The notes below the pieces were generated by a model, which saw nothing but the letters and a program-made list of their open reading frames with translations, made no database searches and was not told the origin of the DNA. Positions 60,411-64,000 of a DNA stretch of 64,000 nt are shown piece by piece. A program made the position numbers and the translations under genes. How positions within the stretch are numbered: position 1 is the stretch's first letter; each line of letters opens with the position of its first letter. The stretch is from an uncultured Gammaproteobacteria bacterium (GTDB lineage Bacteria > Pseudomonadota > Gammaproteobacteria > CAWJPQ01): contig CAWJPQ010000006.1 of the NCBI GenBank assembly GCA_963844825.1, forward strand, positions 136,512 through 200,511, in the 5' to 3' direction.

Positions 60411-62474
60411 TCAAACCCGCCCAGCCGTGGTGACCCGCGGTGTGCGGGACGCCGGCGGCGCGTCGTCGCCGGCCGCATCCTGGGCGTCGCGCCAGGCCTG
60501 GAACATCAGCACATCCCACAAGTGACCGCTCCAGTTGCGCCCGCCGCTCAGGTGCTCCTGCCACTTGGCGTGCACGTGGTCGGGGTCGAAAAAGCCCTCC
60601 ACCCGCAGCCGGCGCGGGCTGAGCAGCTCTTCGGCCCACTCGCGCAGGGGCCCGCGCAGCCACGCGTCGATGGGCACGCCGAACCCCATCTTGGGCCGCT
60701 CCACCAGGGCCTGGGGCAGGTAACGGTACAGCACCTGGCGCAGCAGCCACTTGCCCTGGCCGTCGCGGATCTTCATGTCCAGGGGGACCCGCCAGGCGAA
60801 CTCCACCACCCGATGGTCCAACAGGGGCACCCGCGACTCCAGGCTCACCCCCATGCTCGCCCGGTCCACCTTGACCAGGATGTCATCAGGCAGATAGGTC
60901 ACCGTGTCCAGGTACATCATGCGCTGGGTGAAATCGGGCAGGTCCGCCCAGCGGGCCTTGTCGGTCAAGGGGGTGGGTGCCTCGCGGCCGCCCGGCACCA
61001 CCGCCTCGGGGTGCAGCCAATGGGAGACCAGATCCAGGTACATGGCCTCGGGGTCGGTCACGCCCAGCACGTTGGCCAATTTGTGGAGCTTGTCGCCGGC
61101 CCGGGGCTGTCTGAGCTTGGCCGGGAGCAGCGGGCCGAGCCTGGCGAACAGGCCGTCCCACCCTCCGGGCGGGCACATCCGGATCGAGGCGGCGGCGGCG
61201 ACCCGCATGGGGCGCGGCATCCAGCCGATGTTGTTCCAGATATTGCGCCCCCAAAAGTAACGGTTGTAACCGCCGAACAGCTCGTCGCCGCCGTCCCCGG
61301 ACAGGGAGACCGTCACATGCCGGCGCGCCAGCTGCGACACCAGAAAGGTCGGGATCTGGGACGAATCGGCGAACGGCTCATCGTACAGGGCGGGCAGGCG
61401 CGGGATCACCGCCATGGCCTCTTCCGGCGTGACATACAGCTCGGTATGCTCGGTGCCCAGGTGCTCGGCCACCGCCTTGGCATGGCTGCGCCTCGTCGTA
61501 GCCCTCCTCGTTGAAGCCGATGGTGAAGGTCTTGACCGGCCGCTCGCTCTGGGCCTGCATGAGGGCCACCACGGTACTGGAGTCGATGCCCCCGGACAGG
61601 AAGGCGCCCAGGGGTACGTCCGAGACCATCTTCTGCTGCACGGCCTGGCGCAGCAGGGCATCCAGCTCGGACACCGCCTGGTCATCGTCCATGGCCAGGG
61701 GATCGGCGATCCCCGCTTCGGCCACCGCCCGCATGGACCAGTACTCCACCGGGTGGTACGCCTGGCGCTCGTCGCCGGCGTAGGGGGAGAAATTCTTTCT
61801 CATCCCCGAGGCCTCGTCCCGCACCGTCAGCAGGCACGCCGGGGGCAGCTTGTACACGCCCTGATAGATCGTGTAGCGGCGCCGGCACATAGTTGTGCCG
61901 CATATACAAGCGCCAGGGCATTGCGGTCGATCTCGCCGCGCCAGGCGGGGTGCGCGCGCAGCGCCTTGAGCTCGGAGCCGAACAGAAAATGCTCGGCCGA
62001 ACCAGCCATAGTAAAGGGGCTTCTCGCCCATGCGGTCGCGGCCCAGGTGCAGGACGCCATGAGGTGCTTGTCCCACATGGCAAAGGCGAACATGCCGGTG
62101 AACCGCTTCAGGGCGCCCTCCACGCCCCACTGCTCGAACGCCGCCAGCATCACCTCCGTATCCGAGTGGCCGCGAAAACGGTGACCCAGCTTGGCCAGCT
62201 CTTTTTGCAGGTCCTGAAAATTGTAGATCTCGCCGTTGTAGACGATGTGATAGCGCCCGCCGGCGGAGGTCATGGGCTGGCGGCCGGTGATCCCCAGATC
62301 GATCACCGCCAGGCGCCGGTGGGACAGGGCAACCCCCGCGGCCGGGTCGGTCCACGCCGCCCCGTCGTCGGGTCCCCGGTGGCGCAGCCGGTCGGCCATG
62401 CGGTTGACGATGGACAGCGCCGTCTCCCGGTCGGTGGCCGCCGATGAATCAAAAAATCCCGCTATTCCGCACAC
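60411..62474 (-). pseudogene. Asparagine synthase (glutamine-hydrolysing)-like amidotransferase of the polysaccharide cluster, interrupted by about 5 single-nt indels
   Basis: GTG start then Cys2: (M)CGIAGFFDS, an Ntn amidotransferase. Sequence then hops frames:
- ...FAFAMWDKH
- VLHLGRDRMGEKPLYYGWFG
- FLFGSELKALRAHP...
- YMRHNYVPAP
- YTIYQGVYKLPPACLLTV...SGGIDSSTVVALM...GFNEEGYDEA
- HAKAVAEHLGTEHTELYV... to the end
Frame changes fall near 62055, 61995, 61905, 61878 and 61487. Confidence 0.85.
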
Positions 62475-63676
62475 TGCGCCCCCAATACTCTGTCGTATAA
62501 ATCCTCGTACTGCGTCACTACCGCCCCCAGGCTGTAGTGCTGTTCGATACGCCGGCGCGCCGCCAGGCCCAACGCCCGCCGGGCCTCGGCCGGCAGGGCC
62601 AGCAGCTCCCCCCACGCCCCGGCCAGGGCCCCGGGATCGCGCGGCGGCACCACCCGCCCCGTGTCGGCCACGATCTGCGCCGAGTCACCCACGTCGGTGA
62701 CCACGCAAGGGACGCCGCAGGCCATGGCCTCCCCGACCACGTTGGGAAAACCCTCCCCCCAGGAGGAGGAAGCGGCGATGTCCAGGGCCGCATTGATCCT
62801 TTCCATATCGGCACGTCTTCCCAACAAATGACAGTTGCCCCTGACGCCCGCCTCCTCGATCCAGTGGATCAACTGGTTATTCTGCCAGCTCACACCCTCC
62901 CCGCACAGCACAAAGTGCGCCTGCGGCAGGCGCTCGTGCAGCAGCCCCGCCGCACGAACAAAATTGCGATGGTCCTTCTGAGGGTCGAACCGGGCCGCCA
63001 GACCGATCAGAGGCACGTCTTCGCCGAGGCCCAGTTCTTCCCTGACTTCGGTCCGAACCCGCGCCGAAGGCGCGAAGGTGTCGAGATCGAAGCCGTTGGG
63101 GATGACCACCATCTTCTCCCGGGCGTAGCCGAGCGCCTCGTGGGTACGCCGCGCCGCCTCGGACCCGCAGACAATGGCCGCCGGCAGCCGGCGCGAGAGA
63201 CGGGCGGCCCCCCGTGCCGTCAGGATCGTGCCGCGCCGGGTGCCGGGGCGATCCAGATTGCTCTGGCGAATTCCCCATACGACCGGCATGCCCCCCGCGA
63301 ACTTCGCCGCCAGCCCGCCCACCACGTCGGCGTGATACATCCATGTCTGGACCAACCCGGGGCGGAGCCGGCGCAACAGGGCGGCCAAGCGCAGCACCCC
63401 CACGGGATTGGGCACGCCGCGGGTCATGCCGAGGGCGTGCACGGGGATCCCAAGTGCCCGGATCTTATCGCCCACGGCGCCGTCCCGGGTGAGGGACACC
63501 ACCGCCGGCGAAAAGCGCGCCCTGTCGGCGCGGCTCAGCAACTTGTACAGCATCATCTCGGCGCCGCCGGTATCCAGGCCGCTGATGACATGGACCACGC
63601 CGATCATAGGGGCACCGACGGGAGCGTCAGGTGCCATCCCCGGCGGCGCAACCGCAGCGTGACACGGATCATTCAT
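62462..63676 (-). CDS. Glycosyltransferase, GT-B fold (CAZy family 4-type, Glycos_transf_1 domain)
   Basis: 404-aa ORF. GVVHVISGLDTGGAEMML N-motif and EGFPNVVGEAMACGVPCVVTDVGD C-motif. The true start may be the internal Met at 63607. Confidence 0.85.
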   Translation of the reverse strand: MNDPCHAAVAPPGMAPDAPVGAPMIGVVHVISGLDTGGAEMMLYKLLSRADRARFSPAVVSLTRDGAVGDKIRALGIPVHALGMTRGVPNPVGVLRLAALLRRLRPGLVQTWMYHADVVGGLAAKFAGGMPVVWGIRQSNLDRPGTRRGTILTARGAARLSRRLPAAIVCGSEAARRTHEALGYAREKMVVIPNGFDLDTFAPSARVRTEVREELGLGEDVPLIGLAARFDPQKDHRNFVRAAGLLHERLPQAHFVLCGEGVSWQNNQLIHWIEEAGVRGNCHLLGRRADMERINAALDIAASSSWGEGFPNVVGEAMACGVPCVVTDVGDSAQIVADTGRVVPPRDPGALAGAWGELLALPAEARRALGLAARRRIEQHYSLGAVVTQYEDLYDRVLGAQCAE

Positions 63677-64000
63677 TACCCTCCAACAGGACCTTCATGT
63701 ACTCGCGGGTAATCGTATCAACGGAAAATTGCCCCGCCCTGTCGCGCAGCATCCCGGGGTCACGCGGCGCGTCCAGCGCCGCCAGGATCGCGCGAGCGAG
63801 CGCCGGGACATCCCCCACCGCCACCAGGTCACCGTACTTCCCGTTTTCCAGGATCTCCGCCGGCCCGCTCGGGCAATCGGTACTGACAACCGGGACGCCG
63901 CAGGCTAAGGCCTCGATGATCACGTTCGACAGGCCTTCCCACTGCGACGACAGGACAAATACGCTTGACCGCGCCATCCAGGCCATTGGGTTCGCCACAA
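63669..64000 (-). CDS. Glycosyltransferase (GT-B fold), C-terminal fragment; 5' end lies outside the window
   Basis: ...VFVLSSQWEGLSNVIIEALACGVPVVSTDCPSGPAEIL... is a typical Glycos_transf_1 C-terminal motif. Confidence 0.8.
   Translation of the reverse strand, partial: VANPMAWMARSSVFVLSSQWEGLSNVIIEALACGVPVVSTDCPSGPAEILENGKYGDLVAVGDVPALARAILAALDAPRDPGMLRDRAGQFSVDTITREYMKVLLEGNE

Overview
GC-rich proteobacterial chromosome segment; the synteny looks gammaproteobacterial. Most of it is housekeeping backbone with several accessory insertions.

Layout, left to right:
- 1-7.2 kb: tail of a type VI secretion operon (tssE fragment, tssF, tssG, clpV). It ends in an unusual 446-aa ORF that combines TssB-like and TssC-like sheath motifs, and abuts the 3' end of tRNA-Pro(GGG).
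- 7.3-17.6 kb, minus strand: conserved block merR-like, ihfA, pheT, pheS, rplT, rpmI, infC, thrS, tRNA-Val, uvrB.
- 17.7-22.4 kb: aminotransferase, FimT/GspH-type pseudopilin, EAL+HDOD protein, patatin-like lipase.
- 22.4-27.1 kb: islet next to tRNA-Asn. A plant/fungal-type (P3A) H+-ATPase gene is bracketed by one intact and one internally deleted copy of a Y1/HUH (COG1943/RayT-like) transposase element.
- 27.2-31.5 kb: smr, mfd.
- 31.9-39.0 kb: MSHA-type pilus biogenesis genes mshI through mshN only.
- 39.3-48.6 kb: PolB-exonuclease-like gene, tex, cysM, and an uncharacterised envelope gene set.
- 48.7-64 kb, minus strand: LPS/O-antigen-type cluster (rfbDCAB, galU, wbpM-like, wbpL/wecA-like, epimerase, glycosyltransferases, asnB-like amidotransferase).

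Two pervasive features:
- A palindromic REP/BIME-like repeat superfamily fills at least 10 intergenic regions, often as higher-order tandem arrays.
- Localised clusters of single-nucleotide indels break infC, thrS, uvrB and the asnB-like gene. These look like sequence-quality artefacts but should be checked.

I found no CRISPR array, rRNA or recognisable defence system. The most novel-looking items are the sheath-like chimera, the transposase-bracketed H+-ATPase islet and the repeat architectures. None is demonstrably a new system from sequence alone.
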